A stretch of 53,665 bases of DNA, filler included, from Catajapyx aquilonaris (lineage: Eukaryota): NCBI GenBank assembly GCA_000934665.2. It is 2 parts of 2 records of this genome, joined end to end, with 100 filler letters (N's around TTAATTAATTAA, not from the genome) between each part and the next. Parts side by side here need not be neighbours in the genome. Positions count along the whole stretch, not along the records: positions 26,882 to 53,665 come from JYFJ02005156.1; 1 more part is not named here. The stretch is one strand, 5' to 3'. The notes under the pieces were generated by a model that was not told where the DNA came from, ran no database searches, and saw only the letters and a list, made by a program, of their open reading frames with translations. Shown here one piece after another: positions 27,971 to 40,182 of the stretch. A program made the translations under genes and the position numbers. Each line of letters starts with the position of its first letter. Position 1 is the first letter of the stretch.

Positions 27971-28662
27971 CAGGGTGATCCGTTTGGGTAGGGATAATTT
28001 TAAAATGCTGTGGTATGTGTTGTAACAGACAGAACTGATCCAAATTAGGCAGAGATTACCTTTATAAGTGGGTGTTTGTCTACCCTTTGCGTACTTGGTA
28101 GAGTTGATATTGGGTGCTTAATTCTTGCCACGTGTTTTGTAACATTTTCGGAGTGATTTGTGCGAACGCTGCAGAAATTTTCACCACCAGGTCATCCAGG
28201 CTTTGAGGTTTTCCGTATATGATAGTCTTCACAAACCATACACAAAGAAATCTGGGTGAGTGAGATCCAGGGAGTTGGCAGACCAAGGAATAGGGCCACC
28301 ACAACCACACCAATTGTCATAGAAAGTGTTGTTGACCTTCCTGACTTCCAGTGACCAGTGGCATGGGGCCCCGTCTTGCTGTAAAATGTTGTCCAGTTCT
28401 GGTACCAAGAAGATCTTAGAATGTCAAAGTATGGTCCTGCTTGTATTGTGTCCTCAGAGGGGGATTTAAAAAAGGTCCATACAGCTGGTTACGCCACATC
28501 CAGCCTCTTTGGTCACGATGCAGGGCCAATGGAGGCGCACTGAGTACAGTGCATGAATCTCCCATCTTACCTCGCCAAACTGGCAGAATTTCAACTTGGT
28601 ACTGGTTATGTGTTGATTGTGATACATATTTTAAATTATCCCTACCCAAACGGATCACCGTG
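27971..28662 (-). mobile_element. Internally deleted Tc1/mariner-superfamily transposon (possibly DD41D/rosa-like)
   Basis: TA-flanked TIRs of about 35 bp (CAGGGTGATCCGTTTGGGTAGGGATAATTT). The minus strand carries a frameshifted transposase: QQDGAPCH...GGPIPW...FVKTIIYGKPQSLDDL. Confidence 0.85.
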
Positions 28663-28890
28663 TATTTTATATGGGAAAATAACTTTTTTAAACGTTGGTG
28701 TCAAAATGAAGGCTTCTTTAACGGAACAAATTCCAAACCAAGTTTAAATTATGTGTTGATGTTTTTAAAGATATATTTGACATTAACATCTCTTTTCTGT
28801 CTGCATAGGCCTAATTTATTGAAAAAGTGACAAAATGTACAATTGAAATGAATAAGAATGTTTATTATATCTGAAGGAGATATCAACACT

Positions 28891-29100
28891 TTATTGATGC
28901 ACACATTTGTTGCACATGTAATCATCAGGTGAGTCACAGCCAGAACACAATTCATGTACCCATAGCCACAGGCCACAAACAGTACATCTAAACCACATTT
29001 CCTCATCTCTTCTGAATTCTCCACAAATGAAACAAATTTTATTTGTGGAATCTTCTTTGACCAAATCATACATAAACTCTCTTCGTCAACATCTTCATAA
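28891..29100 (-). pseudogene. PHD-finger relic, probably the C-terminus of a pogo-like transposase
   Basis: CFICGE...WFRCTVCGLW..VHELCSG......YMCNKC fits a C4HC3 pattern. It follows an acidic stretch and has no clear exon context. Confidence 0.55.
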
Positions 29101-29688
29101 TCAGACTATGAGTACCCAGGTACAGTTGCAGTTCAGCAAAAAAAAAAAAAAAAATCAGCATTTAAAACAATGTGGTGTAATCCTTGTCATTGCCTGACAT
29201 GGCACATTCTAGAAACACATCGCACCTATACCAAATGGAGGGAAATTTTCATATTCCACTGTGCCAGGATTAGACACGTTAAGGACATTGTAATACACAC
29301 CAAAAAGAGCTTCGAGAAAAAGAATTACTCTCTGACTTTCTCCACTAACATTGCAGCGAAAAATTAAAGGATGGTTGCAAAAAACTTCCACTCTCTCTGG
29401 TACCAACATGATGGCAGCTATAAACTTTTTCTCGAATGACTGACTAGTTGAAGACATGATAAATAACCATTTGGCGAGCACAGCTTCCTGTTGCGTGACC
29501 CAGTGTCTAGATGTAGGGGTGATTGGCATTACCCTCTGACTGGCATTGCCCCACCCTTCCTTAGTATTTTCTGCTAATTGTATTTGACTCAAGTAGTTGC
29601 TCTGTGATGCATTATAATCTTTATTGTAACCAAGGTCAACTGACTGCCAAGCTTGTAGAAATAATAATCTAATTCTCATAAAATGTAG

Positions 29689-29859
29689 AAAAACGATGGC
29701 CGAGTTCCTGAACCAATTGAAGACATCAGATGGTTCATTCCGGATGCATGTAGATGGTGAGGTAGATATCAGAGGAGTGTACTGTGCCTTGTCAGTGGCG
29801 AGGCTCACCAACATTTACAGTGACGAATTATTTGATAAGTCTGCTGAATGGCTTGTGAG
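29689..29859 (+). CDS. FNTB: Protein farnesyltransferase subunit beta, internal exon
   Basis: TGTAG acceptor and AG|GTAAAT donor. Encodes KTMAEFLNQLKTSDGSFRMHVDGEVDIRGVYCALSVARLTNIYSDELFDKSAEWLV. Confidence 0.93.
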
Positions 29860-29931
29860 GTAAATATGAAGACCTGAACATTTTAAAAAAAACGAGCAAA
29901 ATTATTAGTAACATGATCTTTGTTTACACAG

Positions 29932-30061
29932 ATGCCAGACATACGAGGGAGGATTTTCTGGTTATCCTGGTCTGGAGGCCCATGGTGGATACACTTTCTG
30001 TGGGTTATCATCCTTAGCCTTGCTTGGGAAGGAGAAACTTTGCAACATTAAAAGTCTGCTG
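29932..30061 (+). CDS. FNTB: Farnesyltransferase beta exon
   Basis: Encodes the prenyltransferase repeat CQTYEGGFSGYPGLEAHGGYTFCGLSSLALLGKEKLCNIKSLL. Canonical splice sites, phases consistent. Confidence 0.96.
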
Positions 30062-30972
30062 GTAAACAGATTTGAGTGTCATAATAGGAGTTTTCTTTCT
30101 GTTACCTTGTCTCCACTAGTGTATGGATCCAGATTGCTTAATCTAGATCTATCCTCAATCCGGGTTGAGCAAACAGGCACTGTTGCTGCTACAACTTTGT
30201 AAAGGCTACCAGATGAACAGGAGGACATTTTAAAAAGTTAGTTGATTCGACACATATTTACTATATTTTATGTTAATGCAGACAGAATATTATTTTAGTC
30301 TGCTGTTTGGCAGGAGTTGCATCTTGGGAAGGGGTAGAGTGGAAACACCGGGCACTCGGGCAGGAGGGAACTCGCCTCTCAAAAGTGTTTCTGTTGATTC
30401 CTCACTGCAGGGCCAATCTGGAGTGAGAACTCTAGTGGAGACATGGTGTAAGGGAACGTTTACAATAAGAAACTTGGCAGTTCCAGTAGCCATTAGATGT
30501 GTTCAACACTGATGGGAACAAGTATTATGAGTATGAGAGAAGTAGGCTGCTTCAGGGCAAGTAATGGGACCAGAAACTTGACCAAAACTCCATAGTACTA
30601 CAAACTTAACCATCTCCTTGACATGACTATGTCAGGCACAGGATGAGAGAAAGGCAAGGCAGTGGGGACTAGAACTGGGTGACTTCCCACACTCCCCTCA
30701 TATGAGTAATTAAATTCTATCATGATTCAAGTCTTATGCTATATGATCAGTATGGCAATTTTTATAAATCAACCAAAACCAACCAACTTTACCTGTGGCT
30801 CCCCACTACCCCAGTTGGAGTTGGTGTGGTGGAGGGACAAGTGCTAGGGGAGAGTTTCCACCAAGAAATTAGAATGGATATGCTAGGCCCAGGGCAAGGC
30901 AGCTGCCTGAACAGTGTGAACTTGGCTAAACAGAATCTCTTTCCATGACTATGAATGTCTTCTTTTTTATAG

Positions 30973-31217
30973 CGCTGGTCAGCAAATCGGCAAATGAGCT
31001 TTGAAGGCGGTTTCCAAGGGAGGACCAATAAGCTGGTAGATGGCTGCTATTCTTTCTGGCAAGGAGCTGTTTTTCCTGTATTACACCGCATCCTAGCAAA
31101 GGAAAACATAACCACCCTCAGCATGGCACGATGGCTTTTTCACCAGGAGGCTCTTCAAGATTATATCCTCATATGCTGTCAGAACACACTGGGAGGGCTT
31201 GTTGACAAGCCTGGAAA
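30973..31217 (+). CDS. FNTB: Farnesyltransferase beta exon with Zn ligands
   Basis: RWSANRQMSFEGGFQGRTNKLVDGCYSFWQ...GGLVDKPGK; TATAG acceptor and AA|GTGAGT donor. Confidence 0.97.
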
Positions 31218-31858
31218 GTGAGTGAACCATGTTCCAAAGTTTGACAGTTGGCCAGTAAGAGAAATTTTTATCTTAGATGGTAACTGCTGTGTGCCATAAA
31301 AGGAAGATCTATGATCTGCAAGTTCTGACTGTCAGTGAAAGCTTCACATTTGAGAGCTCAGGTGTTTGACCTGAAACCTGTAACATCAGACACATCAGTA
31401 TGTCTCTCCATAACATGGTGAAAAGAAAGTTAGAGCTTCCCTATAACATTACAGTTGCACCAAGGTGACCAAGCACTTTCACCCAAGGCATGGAAGTGCA
31501 AGTTGGTCTAGAGCGGATGACAAATGGTAAAACTGAACAATTGTGAATGAAGTGAGTCCTAGGCAAGACTTGCTGCTGAGAAGTGCCAATTTGCTTATCT
31601 AATATATTGTTGTCCCAACCAAGCCTTGTGATTGGCAAATTGTTCTAGAACCAACTTAGAGGAACATATCTTGACACTTCAGTTTCCTTACAGTTAGGTT
31701 GATGAGCTAGAATTTAAGCCCACTGCCACATTCAATTGTGCCAACTAGAAGCAATTGTGATGAATTTTGAGCCACCTGTAGTGTGGGTCTTGAGGAAGGG
31801 GTAACTGATGTGCCTTTAATACTACCCTAGTGTGTGGCGTTGTGGATTGGTGAGGGTT

Positions 31859-32111
31859 AAGCCTATTTCACAAATGGACATCACACTATTTGTAACACGT
31901 GATTGGAATGCGAAGCTTTTTTGCACCCCACTTGTGACGTCCTATTTTGTCGCCTCGCTGCAAATCACAAAGCAACAAGCTTCAAGGTTCTTGCCTTACT
32001 CCCTGCAATTTGCAGCACAGCAACAAAAGAAGTCATCACAAGTGGTGTGAAAAAAGCTTCTCATTCCAATCTCATTACAAATGGTACGCCGTCCATTTGT
32101 GAAATAGGTTT
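31859..32111. mobile_element. MITE, possibly PIF/Harbinger-like
   Basis: TIRs AAGCCTATTTCACAAATGGAC / GTCCATTTGTGAAATAGGTTT in a TTA/TAA context. Confidence 0.65.
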
Positions 32112-33591
32112 TACAGTTTACACGTTAGATATCTGAAATTACTTTCCAGGGGGGCCCGATGTAAGGTTGAGACCGCTGTATTAGAGGAAGATATTTCCTG
32201 TGCGACGAAGTGGTGGGAGTCAGGGTGGAGGCGCGGGGCAGTTCAGAGTGCGCATCCGAATGGGTGGACCAAATACATGTGACACCCGAGTGTCGCTGTG
32301 GCTTTAATAACGTTTGTTGGCGTGCAACGCCACAAAACATAGTTACAGTCATTTTTGCAGTTACATAATCTGGATGCATACAGGATGGATTGTTTTAAAT
32401 GTGGCATGGAGAATAAGGTGGTTTCTTTCCCATGATGAGACAATTTGTCTATAAAAATGTTACGTTATTAATTACAGGCACTTCAAGAACACCCCTGAAC
32501 TCCTTCATCTTGATAGAACATATTGTTAATAGTCACACACATGATCTGTCGAGTCACAGGCTCAAAATTATGAACAAATGCAATTCCATTCACCTTTCCC
32601 TCCCTCCCTCCAACAAGTTGTGAACTGGTGCACGTAGCAGTGATGTCATTATGCCATTCACTAACTTATTGCTTGCTTATTTGCTCATTTTGATTTGCTC
32701 TTTTGCCGCTGTGGCTTTTGGTGCTAGCAGCACTCCGCCATTAATGGGTAGCCCAGTACTGTACTTGTGCATTTGAGAGCTTTCAGCTAGTTTGCATTGC
32801 ATCATTTTGTTCTGGTGCATCAAACAGGGTTAGGTTCCAGCAAAACAGGGTCGTAAAATGAAAGGTCATAAAACGATTCCTACATGCACAAGAATCAATC
32901 AATGAATCCATGGCCTGACATAAATGGAGTTGACATACAAGGATCTGTATCATTAAACTCGCTTTGCGAGGCGGGGGGCCTTGGCGCCCCCCCCCCCCCC
33001 NCCCCCCACTTGCACGCCTTCAGCGCAAATTGGTCCGGTCCCGTGCAGGTCCTCCTCGGTCTCCGTAACTCTCCGAGGCTCGGTGCAAGTCCAGCCGGCC
33101 GCCACACATTTCCCCCACTCTCCGATGCGAATACAGCAAGTCTTTTTATGCAAAAATTGGTCGGAGCGAGATGCCAACCGTTTACAGAACACCCGTGACG
33201 TCACCACTAAAGGCCTGTGGAGTATCAGAATGCGCCCTAGCTGACGTATCATGAAAAAGGCAACATGACGCAATAACAGATGGCGTAGTGGCGGCGTTGA
33301 GTAGGGGAGGAAGATTGGAGGGGCCAGGGGCAGTGGGAGGTTGTGGGTGGTGGAGGTGATCGCAGCGCTCGTCTATGGGCCGCATGGGGCAACTATCCGG
33401 GGGTATTTGCGGATACACTTAATTTTTTATCTCGAAAACGGCTGGGAAATTCGTGATTATGAGGATTTTTGGGAATAGTAAACCGGGGGCACGGAATCCA
33501 ACGGTGTAAGTCCGAGGTCTCTGCGATGCCGGGAAGTGCAAAATCTTTTCCATCCTCCTCCTCCTCCTCCTCGGATTGGGGCTTTATATAT

Positions 33592-35461
33592 GAGGCATTC
33601 CACGTCAAGCGGGCCACCTTTCCGACAAATCTTCGAGGACTTTGACCAAATTGTAATGACATGTACTACTCATCGACCTATGCCGGAAGCCAAAATATTA
33701 TACCTCTGCGTTGCGTGGTTGCGTAACTACAGGGTGCGGAATCTACCAATTTATGCGGATTTTTGCAACGCATGCAGTCACTTGGATTACCATAACTCCC
33801 AGAGGATAAGTGCAAATGCTAAACTTGATGTATGCGTTGGATACGTATTTTAACGCTCTATAAGATGGCCATACCGATGATTAAGAGAATCAAAAATTTA
33901 AAGTCAAAAATTGGCGCTCCAATTTTGATTTTGATTTTTCTCAAACTTGGACCTGTTTGATTTTTTAAAAATAACTCTTAAAATGAAGCTGAACATGTCT
34001 GGCCGATATTTCCGAAAACTCCCCGAGACCGAAATTGGTCTTTCTCGCGCTATGAGCCGCAACGCAACCCGTGTACGGATTTTTGCTTAGCATGCAGTCA
34101 CTTGGATTACCATAACTCCCAGAGGACAAGTGCAAATGCTAAACTTGATATATGCGTTGGATACGTATTTTAACGCTCTATGAGATGGCCATACTGATGA
34201 TTACGAGAATCAAAAATTTACAAAAATTGGCGATCCAATTTTGATTTTGATTTTTCTCAAACTTGGACGTTTTTGATTTTTTTTGAATGACTCTTAAAAT
34301 GAAGCTGGAAATGTCTGGCCAATATTTCCGAAAACTCTACGATGCCGAAATTGGTCTTTCACGCGCGATAAGCCAAAACGCAAACCGTGTGCATGCACGT
34401 GGACCATCCAAGCGAAGATCTATCGTTTGTACTGCTCTGAAATAAATCATAAGTGACCAACAAAGAGCAATACACTAGTACTGCATTGGACAGATCTAAT
34501 CATGTCAGTGTTTGGTGTCAAATTATACTCCCACTGTACCCGGTACTTAGAGAGCGCGAGTTCTGTCATATTAGCATACGCATGACGTAGGCACTTATGA
34601 TTTATTTCAGATCAGTACAAACGATAGATATTCGCTTGGATGGTCCACGTGCATGCACACGGTTTGCGTTTTGGCTTATCGCGCGTGAAAGACCAATTTC
34701 GGTCTCGGGGAGTTTTTGGAAATATCGGCCAGACATGTTCAGCTTCATTTTAAGAGTTATTTTTAAAAAATCAAAAACGTCCAAGTTCGAGAAAAATCAA
34801 AATCAAAATTGGAGCGCCAATTTTTGACTTTAAATTTTTGATTTTCGTAATCATCAGTATGGCCATCTCACAGAGCGTTAAAATACGTATCCAACGCATA
34901 CATCAAGTTTAGCATTTGCACTTGTCCTCTGGGAGTTATGGTAATCCAAGTGACTGCATGCTAAGCAAAAATCCGTACACGGGTTGCGTTGCGGCTTATA
35001 GCGCGAGAAAGACCAATTTCGGTCTCGGGGAGTTTTCGGAAATATCGGCCAGACATGTTCAGCTTCATTTTAAGAGTTATTTTTTAAAAATCAAACAGGT
35101 CCAAGTTTGAGAAAAATCAAAATCAAAATTGGAGCCCCACTTTTTTTGACTTTAAATTTTTGATTCTCTTAATCATCGGTATGGCCATCTTATAGAGCGT
35201 TAAAATACGTATCCAACGCATACATCAAGTTTAGCATTTGCACTTATCCTCTGGGAGTTATGGTAATCCAAGTGACTGCATGCGTTGCAAAAATCCGCAT
35301 AAATTGGTAGATTCCGCACCCTGTAGTTACGCAACCACGCAACGCAGAGGTATAATATTCTGGCTTCCGGCATAGGTCGATGAGTAGTACATGTCATTAC
35401 AATTTGGTCAAAGTCCTCGAAGATTTGTCGGAAAAGTGGCCCGCTTGACGTGGAATGCCTC
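33592..35461. mobile_element. 1.87-kb non-autonomous foldback DNA transposon, Sola-like
   Basis: Highly similar inverted arms of about 865 bp (33592-34455 and 34592-35461) with a 136-bp spacer. GAG...CTC termini and ATAT on both sides. The ORFs at 33536+ and 35200- mirror each other. Confidence 0.9.
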
Positions 35462-35482
35462 ATATATTAGATTGTAACCGAA

Positions 35483-35765
35483 GCAGTAGTGGTGTAGTGG
35501 TATGGTGTCCGTCTGCTAATCGGGAGGTCCTGGGTTCGAATCCCGGAGGCCAGCGACCCTGATCATGGTTTTCTGTGGTTTCCCATGGTCACTGCAGGAT
35601 AATTCCGGGGTCGTTACCGTAATTATAGGCCACAGCCGCTTCCTTCCTTACCTATCCTTGCCTCAATTCCGATGAAAAGTATAGTAAAAATGGAAAGAGT
35701 TCCAGACAAAAAAATTGGGAGAAATCCCCCCCTAATAAAGCCTAAAGGGCTGATAATGGGGTATC

Positions 35766-35811
<46 letters not shown>
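35483..35811 (+). mobile_element. tRNA-derived SINE
   Basis: A box TGGTGTAGTGG and B box GGTTCGAATCCC. Body GTTTTCTGTGGTTTCCC...GGCCACAGCCGCTTCCTTCC, then a stem-loop tail and (ATT)n. Confidence 0.85.
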
Positions 35812-35812
<1 letters not shown>

Positions 35813-36519
35813 GATTGTAGAGGTACTCACTAGAACTGTACCTGCAACGTTTCATTGAAATTGCATCATTACACTGGGAACATTGGACACTTGAGATGGT
35901 GAAAGTGTGGGCTCTTCTGACGATAGAGTACATAGGCACGCAAAAAGAATGTCCGGGGAGAGTCTTCGTTCAGCCTGGTGGAGGCAAACCATTGCACCTG
36001 GGTAGCTAAGGGAGGAGGGAAAAAGCTCAGCAGATAAGCACGGACGTACACACAAGTGTGTGTGTACACATCTGTGCAATGGTTTGCCTCCACCAGGCTG
36101 AACGAAGACTCTCCCCGGACATTCTTTTTGCGTCCGATAGTACATCTGGGCTAGTGTAGTTATCAAATGCCCAGCCTGCACTTCACAAGCTGCACTGGTT
36201 TGCTGCTGACAATTGTGGCTTAAAACTGCTCTCCCATCCCCACATTTGCCAGATTTGACCCCCTCTGACTACCAGCTATTCCCAAAGATGACCTGGGACT
36301 CATTTTAAGTGACAGTGAGGTGGTCAGCGCCATTCATGAGTGATTGGGTAGGGTTGGAAAGGAATTATTTTATTTGCGGGGAATCCAGAAATTGGAGCAC
36401 AGATCACAGGAGGCCATTAATGTTAAAGAGGTCTATTGTTGAGAAGTCACAATAAATTTGGGACCGTGGAAAAGTGTTTCTATTTGAGGCCGAGAAATCA
36501 TTGACTGACCCTTGCATAT
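35812..36519 (+). mobile_element. Degenerate mariner fragment (3' part)
   Basis: Frameshifted GLKLLSHP..LPDLTPSDYQLFPKM and GIQKLEHR. Ends in the TIR-like TCATTGACTGACCCTTGCA. Confidence 0.65.
35932..36138. mobile_element. Palindromic MITE nested in the mariner relic
   Basis: Near-perfect TIRs of about 60 bp (CGCAAAAAGAATGTCCGGGGAGAGTCTTCG...). AGTAC is duplicated on both sides. The element is absent from the sister copy near 37335. Confidence 0.85.
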
Positions 36520-37119
36520 ATCTCTAAACCCTGCCACAATGTACTATGAAAGAACAAGTGCCTACAGTGTGTTTGAACTCACAGGTGCTTCAGCGGTGTG
36601 TTATGCTGCAATTTTAACTAACCCTCTTATTGTGTGGATCTTCAGAGACTTACCACTAGAGTGGACCTTGAAAAAGATGGCGGATAGCGAACGATGTAGC
36701 ATCTTCAGCGCCAAATTCCCAGCCTGGTGATCGCACAGTAATTAAACTACCGTATCCATACAACTAGGGGGGAAGTGACAGGGGGCTGGTATGGAGCAAC
36801 ACCCCTACACGTGACAAAAATTATTACTATTATTCAGAATGGATGATGAGAACGTGGATGCAAACAAGCCCCAATGATGCAAAGGAATGAACGGACCATA
36901 CCTACTATATTTGAATAGGCTGTTTGGGAGTTTAGGTCCACCTGTTCCGCCACCAAATTCACTGTGTGTCGCCTGTTGGTGAAAGTAACTAAAGGAATGG
37001 GCCAAAAGCGCCGCAACTAAAGCGATGCGGCAACCCACCAAACTACTGATATGCCGATCTAAGGTCACGGGGGTCTGAGGGGGAAACCTATATGAGAAAA
37101 ACGGAGTTGCAGTGGGGTG

Positions 37120-37670
37120 CCCCACCCAATCACTCATGAATGGTGCTGACCACCTCACTGTCAATTAAAATGAGTCCCAGGTCATCTTTGGGAATAGCTG
37201 GTAGTCAGACGATCAGACGATGAATCTGGCACATATGGGGATGGGAGAGCAGTTTTAAGCCACGATTGTCAGCAGCAACCAGTGCAGCTTGTGAGGTGTG
37301 GGCTGAAGCATTTGATAACTGCACGATCCTAGATGTACTCCCATCGTCAGACAAGCCCACACTTTCACCATCTCAAGTGTCCAATATTCCCACTGTAATG
37401 ATGAAATTTCAATGAAATGTTGCAGGTACAGTTCTAGTGAGTGCCTCTACAATTTAATGGTACAGATCCTTGTATGCCTGTCTCACGGTGGCCTGTCTGT
37501 ATTACCTTTGCAAGGGCAGCCCCCGTCACTTCCCCCATATTAGCTGTATGGATACGGAAGTTTAATTCGTGTGTCTCTGCCAGGCCCGGACTTTAGCGCT
37601 GGCGGCGCTACAGCATTCACTATCCGCCATCTTTTTCAAGGTGCACTCAAGTGGTAAGTCTGCGGAAGCA
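37120..37670 (-). mobile_element. Second degenerate mariner copy, opposite orientation
   Basis: 37120-37455 is the reverse complement of 35812-36354 minus the MITE. 37518-37668 is the reverse complement of 36640-36787. Confidence 0.7.
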
Positions 37671-37996
37671 AAGGAAGGTCGAGCCCGGGGGCAGACTCAC
37701 CCACTACCTACCACCCGCGTTGCACCTTGATCAAGATGGCAGCTTAGCGAACCATGGGACACAGATATTACACTACCGTATTAGAGGAGTGTCATGGGGT
37801 TGGCTCAGGGTCACATTGGCTTGTGATAGTTGCTTCTCCTCCTTGCAACCTGTTGGAGTGTGGACCTGGGCATAGACATCCTGTATGCATTATCGTTATA
37901 TTTTATGACATGTTGTGACACTGAGCAAGTTCTTCACAGGGATTCTATGTATGTCTCTGCCTCCTCCCAAATGTGAATCTTGTTTTCTTCTTGCAG

Positions 37997-38198
37997 GCAC
38001 AGAGACTTTTACCACACATGCTACACATTGAGTGGATTGTCAATTGCGCAGCACTTCGCTGGAGGTGGGAACACAAGCATCGTTGGAAGTTCCTGCAATG
38101 AATTGGCACCTCTGCATCCAATCTACAATGTGGGAGTTGAGGTTTTGGTCAATGCCAGCCAATACTTTAAGAAACTTGCCGTGCCAAAAGTACACTGA
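37997..38198 (+). CDS. FNTB: Farnesyltransferase beta, terminal exon
   Basis: TTGCAG acceptor. Encodes HRDFYHTCYTLSGLSIAQH...LHPIYNV...stop. An AATAAA lies at 38376. Confidence 0.96.
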
Positions 38199-39931
38199 AC
38201 TGCTCTCAAGTTCCACATTTTGTACTTCTTTTTTGCACTTTATTGCCATAATGTACATGGTCAATGGAAGGGTTCCGCTTCCACCATGATGTGGAGGGAA
38301 GGGGGCTGGTATGGTTTGTCTTCGGGGATGGTCACAATTTTTAAGTAGAATCAATATCACCATCAAAACTATTGCAATAAAGTCATTATTATATACACTG
38401 AAACAGTGGGGATTCTGTTTATTTTACCATTCTCTTCCCAGTTTAGGCAAATTTAAAAGAGGCAATAATAATATTATAATGACGTGCCAAATGAAAGAGA
38501 TATTTCTTTACACAGGTGGGGTGGAATAAAGTTGCACTCTGAGAGATGGTATTGCCAAATAGGGCGGGGGGGAGGGGGGTGGGGGCATGTTCTATGAGAA
38601 ACATCTTGAGCGAGAATGTCCACCACAGTAGAAAAAACAACTTTTTCAGACGAAAGAGGACATTCAAAGCACAGTGATATTAAGGAACCTGCTTAACTAT
38701 GACAAATCTTAACCATTTTTTGTATCCTTGTTGACACAACACATTATTTTCATCTTCTAATGAGCATTTACTACAGTCACTTAAGCCTCTCCTGTTTGGT
38801 GAGGTAGTTCATTCAGAATTTATCTAGGTCATTGTTAGCGTTGGGCTATTTCTGGTAAAAATAACTTAATTTTGCTTCACTTAAAAGAGACAACTATTAT
38901 TATTATTATATTATTATTATTATTACAATAAAAAAAATCTTTGGTCATTAAAGAACCACTTTTTCTCATATGCAAGTAAAGGTTCATTTTGGTTGGATCA
39001 AGTTATGCTATTTTATATTCTGTCTAGCTTCAGATTTTATTTATTTATTTATTTTTTGCATTTGGAGTTGGGACCGCTTCCATTGATTGTCACTTGTTTG
39101 TTGTCAGTCCTTTGTTTCCAAACCAGGATTGCTCTATGGGAATATCACCAAGTGTCAGTTGTCACCCTTATAGGATTAAAATATATTATGCAACAATTTG
39201 GCAATCTGCACCAGACACGTTGTACTAGAACTGTGATGTTGGTGACGGCAGTTGCCATCAATCCTCTGATTGGCACTGTCACCGACCTTCCAATCTCCAA
39301 ATGCAAAATTCTCCATTCTCAATTATTAATTATGGGTAGAAAAAAAAACACAACCATCCAAATCACTGTTGCACCATCAACCTTTTAAAAAAATTCTGCA
39401 AAACCATTGCTGCCTGCTACTCAAAAACGGCATCACTTGATTGTTGCTGTCGTTATTGTTGCCCTAGGTTGCCGGAACAGTACTGCTCTCAGGTAGGTGG
39501 GGCCTTGATGCTCCGGGTATCACTTTTGCTTGCCTCGCTTCTTTAAATACTCTTCCTTCCATCTGGGTTTTTGTATATTAAAAACACTTAACCCAAAAAT
39601 TTATGGACATTGCTTGTTAGCAAAAGTTTTTCAGGTACCACAAAAAAATTTGTCATATATATCCTTTCCCCATATTTATCCTCTTGCTTATTTTAACGAT
39701 CACTTCACACTGCCTCCATTACTGGCATTTAAGATGTGAATATGTGCAAGTTTTTAAAAATTCATTACTCTGAATTTGAACAACAACGAAACAATCATAC
39801 CAGACCTTGGGGAGGAGATAGGGAGTGTCACATTCTCACAAAGCTCTGAGCCTTTTTTTTCTTTTTGACGAAAAAAGAAAGAAAACCAGTTCATAGTGAT
39901 AGTCACCAACTGCGTTTGTTCTGTCTTCAGG

Positions 39932-40182
39932 TTAGGATAATATTGTCTTCTGCCTCTTTGAACGGCGAGAAGATGAGGAGGAGCCAGAGTCAGACAGATC
40001 AGATTCGGACTCGCGTGAGTAGCTGGAGCCCGAGTCAGTCTTGCTGTGCCCGCCACCAATGGACCCATTATTGTTGCTGCTGGTGTTGTTGCCATTGCCA
40101 GTCATGGTATTCAGGTGGGATGCTTCACTGGCTGCTGCCACTGCAAAATTGCCAGTGGCCCTGGCTTTCTCCAGAGACTGGA
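39932..40182 (-). CDS. MAX: MAX terminal exon
   Basis: TTCCAG acceptor, phase 1. Gives ...ESQ-IQSLEKARATG (end of the zipper), then a Ser/acidic tail and basic RRSKRQK before the stop. Confidence 0.88.

Noticed and set aside
29209..29814. 201-aa minus-strand ORF
   Set aside because: Partly antisense to a real FNTB exon, with no recognisable domain.
24941..29859. RAPGEF-FNTB fusion gene
   Set aside because: It spans an artificial spacer, and the splice phases (0 versus 2) are incompatible.
33536..35463. Duplicated protein-coding ORF pair (MRHSTSSGP...)
   Set aside because: These are incidental mirror ORFs in the TIRs of the foldback element, with no protein motif.
35483..35555. tRNA gene
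   Set aside because: The acceptor stem does not pair, and it continues into a SINE body and (ATT)n tail.
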